A DNA stretch of 64,000 bases from Alphaproteobacteria bacterium (GTDB lineage Bacteria > Pseudomonadota > Alphaproteobacteria > JBFXJJ01). Positions 61,034 through 64,000 of the stretch are shown in pieces (within the stretch, counting starts at the first letter, position 1; every line of letters begins with the position of its first letter). The notes below the pieces were generated by a model. That model did no database searches. It saw only the letters and a program-made list of their open reading frames with translations, and was not told where the DNA came from. The position numbers were made by a program, and so were the translations under genes. Where the stretch lies: assembly GCA_050175015.1 (NCBI GenBank), contig JBFXJJ010000008.1, positions 47,036 to 111,035 of the forward strand. Reading direction: 5' to 3'.

Positions 61034-62303
61034 CAGCCTTTATAACCTTTTTTCCACCCATATATGGAATTAAAACTTCAGGGACAGTTATGGAACCGTC
61101 AGCGTTTTGATAGTTTTCCATAACTGCAATTAATGTTCTGCCAACGGCTAAACCTGAGCCGTTTAAAGTATGAACTCTAAAAGTTCCTTTTTCGGTTTTT
61201 TTGCGGAATCTCGCATTCATACGTCTAGCTTGAAATTCTCCGCAATTTGAACAGCTTGAAATTTCACGGTAGCGGTTTTGACCTGGAAGCCATACTTCAA
61301 GGTCATAGGTTTTGTGTGAGCTAAAGCCCGTGTCGCCAGAAGATAGCATCATAACACGATATGGCAGTTTAAGCTTCTTTAGAATGTTTTCGGCACAGCC
61401 TGTCATATATTCTAATTCGTCATAAGATTTATCTGGGTGTGAGATTATAACCATTTCAACTTTTTCAAATTGATGTTGCCTAATCATACCTCTGGTGTCT
61501 TTGCCCGCAGCTCCAGCTTCTGATCTAAAGCAGTAAGTAAAGCCTGTATATCTTAATGGAAGTTGTTCTTCTTCCAAGATTTCTCCAGAAACAAGATTAG
61601 TCAAAGTTACTTCGGCTGTTGGGATAAGCCAGTATCCGCCTTCGATTTTAAATAAATCTTCTGCAAACTTAGGAAGCTGACCTGTGCCGTAAAGGGCTTC
61701 TTCTTTTACCATAACTGGAGTGTTTATTTCTGTGAAGCCGTGTTCGCCTGTATGCGTATCAAGCATAAACTGAGCAATAGCACGTTCTAAACGGGCTAAA
61801 CCGCCTTTAAGAACAACAAAGCGAGAGCCTGAAAGTTTAGCGGCATTAGCAAAATCCATCATTTTTAAAGCTTCACCTAAGGTATCATGTTCTTTAGGTT
61901 CAAAATCAAAAGTTCTGGGTTCGCCGATGGTGCGTATAACTTTGTTGTCGTTGTCATCTTTACCAAAAGGTACTTCAGGAGCTAAATAGTTAGGAATATT
62001 TGATAAAATCTTGGTTAGTTTTTCTGATAATTCTTTAACATTTTCTTCTTCTTTAGCCATATTATCTTTTATATCCGCAACTTTTGCGATGAGTTCGTCG
62101 GCATTGCCTCCGCTTTTTTTCGCTTTAGATATTTCCATAGAAAGATCGTTGCGCATTTTTTGCATTTCTTGAAGATTGGTAAGCGCCTTGCGGTGTTGAA
62201 TATCAAGGTCTAAAATAGGCTGTGATACATCTTTTAAGCCGCGTCTAGCCAGTTCTTTATCAAAAACTTCGGGGTTTTCTCTAATCCATTTTACATCATA
62301 CAT
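61026..62303 (-). CDS. serS: Serine--tRNA ligase
   Basis: [38 protein letters not shown]. Confidence 0.98.
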   Translation of the reverse strand: MYDVKWIRENPEVFDKELARRGLKDVSQPILDLDIQHRKALTNLQEMQKMRNDLSMEISKAKKSGGNADELIAKVADIKDNMAKEEENVKELSEKLTKILSNIPNYLAPEVPFGKDDNDNKVIRTIGEPRTFDFEPKEHDTLGEALKMMDFANAAKLSGSRFVVLKGGLARLERAIAQFMLDTHTGEHGFTEINTPVMVKEEALYGTGQLPKFAEDLFKIEGGYWLIPTAEVTLTNLVSGEILEEEQLPLRYTGFTYCFRSEAGAAGKDTRGMIRQHQFEKVEMVIISHPDKSYDELEYMTGCAENILKKLKLPYRVMMLSSGDTGFSSHKTYDLEVWLPGQNRYREISSCSNCGEFQARRMNARFRKKTEKGTFRVHTLNGSGLAVGRTLIAVMENYQNADGSITVPEVLIPYMGGKKVIKADE

Positions 62304-63096
62304 GTTGCACCTGTTCTTTGTTTTTTATAACGATTGCACTTGCTTTTATAGTAATTTCGTAAAGCATTATTAAAGGTATTGCAAGTCCTACCTGACTTAT
62401 AATATCTGGGGGAGTAACTACAGCAGCGACAAAAAATATTAAAACTATCGCATATTTTCTAAATTTTATTAGGCTTTCTGGGGTTATTATGCCAGCATAA
62501 GCTAACAAAACTAAAAATACGGGCATTTGAAAACATAAGCCAAAAGCCATAATTAAGGTCATAATTAAGGACAAATATTCACTGATTCTTGCTTCCAGCT
62601 GAATGGGAAGAACCGTTTGCCCGAAACTAGATTGGAATCCCATTAAAAAACTCCAAGCCATAGGAATAATCATAAAATAGACTAAAAGCGCTCCCATAAT
62701 AAAAAGAACAGGGCTAGCGATTATAAAAGGAAGGACAGCTCTTTTTTCGTTCTTGTAAAGACCTGGGGCAATAAACTGCCAGATATGCCAGATAAAAAAA
62801 GGAAAACTTAAACAAATTGCTCCAAAAGAACCTATTTTTAGATAGGTAAAAAAACCTTCAGTCAAATTGGTGTAAATCATACGATTTGTTCCGCCATTTT
62901 TTGCCATAATTTGAGCTAAAGGATTTATTAAAATATTTAAAATATTGGAAGCAAAAGAATAGCTGATGAAAAAGGCGGCAACAAAAAATAAAATACATTT
63001 AATAAGACGGCGGCGAAGCTCTCTTATGTGTTCCATAATAGGCATTGTCGTAGTTTCTTTTTCCTGATTATCATTTTTTTCTTTTTCAGGCAGCAT
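62296..63096 (-). CDS. tatC: Tat translocase TatC
   Basis: EH..ELR.RL, F.APGLY..E, FQMP, TPPD. Confidence 0.95.
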   Translation of the reverse strand: MLPEKEKNDNQEKETTTMPIMEHIRELRRRLIKCILFFVAAFFISYSFASNILNILINPLAQIMAKNGGTNRMIYTNLTEGFFTYLKIGSFGAICLSFPFFIWHIWQFIAPGLYKNEKRAVLPFIIASPVLFIMGALLVYFMIIPMAWSFLMGFQSSFGQTVLPIQLEARISEYLSLIMTLIMAFGLCFQMPVFLVLLAYAGIITPESLIKFRKYAIVLIFFVAAVVTPPDIISQVGLAIPLIMLYEITIKASAIVIKNKEQVQHV

Positions 63097-63446
63097 TAGT
63101 TCTTCTCTTGGTTTTGTTCTGAATCTAAAAGACTAAAATCTTTGTTATCATCATTTTTATCAGTGTTTTTTTCTTCAAGGCTATACGTTTGTTCTTCTGG
63201 AGAATCTATTAAAGATGGGGTGCCATAGGTTAAATCATTGGAAGAAAGCTCTTTTTTGACGTTGATTTTTTTTTCTTCTTCGTAGGCTAGTTCATCAAAG
63301 AAATCATAAAAATCACGTCCTAAGCGGTTAATTTTTCTCATCATTTTGCCAAAGGCATACATAACTTTTGGTAAATCATCTGGTTTTAAGATTACCAAAG
63401 CAACAATAATGAATATTAAAAATTCCGATCCGCTGACATCAAACAT
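63096..63446 (-). CDS. tatB: Tat translocase TatB
   Basis: MFD...SE....VAL....P.DLP; between tatA and tatC. Confidence 0.8.
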   Translation of the reverse strand: MFDVSGSEFLIFIIVALVILKPDDLPKVMYAFGKMMRKINRLGRDFYDFFDELAYEEEKKINVKKELSSNDLTYGTPSLIDSPEEQTYSLEEKNTDKNDDNKDFSLLDSEQNQEKN

Positions 63447-63452
63447 TGATTT

Positions 63453-63623
63453 TTATTTTTTATCATCTTCTTCTTGAGTTTTAGTGTCTTCGTCTTTTAA
63501 ACCTTTTTTAAAGGCTTTAATGCTTTTACCCAAGTCTTCAGCAAGCTTAGGAATTCTGCCAGCACCAAACAATAAAACGGCAATAGCTAGAACTAAAAGT
63601 AATTCTGTTGTATGTGGCCACAT
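63453..63623 (-). CDS. tatA: Tat translocase TatA (56 aa, not in ORF track)
   Basis: [41 protein letters not shown]. Confidence 0.92.
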   Translation of the reverse strand: MWPHTTELLLVLAIAVLLFGAGRIPKLAEDLGKSIKAFKKGLKDEDTKTQEEDDKK

Positions 63624-63639
63624 GGAAAAGAAATCTCCG

Positions 63640-64000
63640 TTAGAAATTAACTGTTTTAAACATAAAATAGGCTAAGATGCGTTTTACAAAACTTACATAC
63701 CAGCCAAGTATATTAATATCTATTCCGATAAAATCATAGATAAAAGATGGCAAAAAAAGCAGTGCGAACAAAATAATCATACCATAGCGTTCAAATAGAA
63801 TCATCTTGATTGCTAATTTGTTTGGAAGAAAGCCTGCTAGAATTTTAGAACCGTCAAGTGGCGGAAAGGGAATTAAATTAAATGCGGCAAGAATTAAATT
63901 AATAATAAAAGCGTTTCTAATATTTATTAATACCCAGCCAATTAATTCATTGTCAGGGAGAGAAAAGTTTGATGCCAGTTTCAAAAGTACGACAGCACTA
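63640..64000 (-). CDS. Site-2 protease (M50), C-terminal part
   Basis: [14 protein letters not shown]; frame runs off window edge. Confidence 0.85.
   Translation of the reverse strand, partial: SAVVLLKLASNFSLPDNELIGWVLINIRNAFIINLILAAFNLIPFPPLDGSKILAGFLPNKLAIKMILFERYGMIILFALLFLPSFIYDFIGIDINILGWYVSFVKRILAYFMFKTVNF

Overview
AT-rich bacterial chromosome segment, probably alphaproteobacterial (inferred from the tatABC-serS-surE-pcm-nlpD-yajC-secDF order and the alpha-type MCP). 1-19375 is the right part of an integrative mobilizable element ending in a tRNA-fMet 3' fragment. It carries a tyrosine integrase, Xis, a split primase, TraK/MobC/MOBP relaxase, an MCP, two type II TA pairs and a defence operon (nuclease-like gene, Type IIG-like MTase, Lamassu). 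19376-28601 is an integrase-less defence cassette (Hma-like helicase plus GHKL ATPase, zeta-like kinase pair) ending in a tRNA-Arg(CCG) 3' fragment. Three related MOBP oriT-like sites occur at about 7.7, 28.05 and 28.36 kb. After icd-acnA-gltA comes a decayed accessory region (34.2-46.7 kb) with a candidate structured RNA, a solitary type I-C CRISPR repeat, two integrase remnants, a truncated hipBA and five unrelated enzymes that share a basic C-terminal tail, two of them with coupled immunity-like genes (candidate secreted-effector set). The rest is mostly housekeeping, plus tRNA-Pro(CGG). All calls come from motif recognition by eye; no searches were run.
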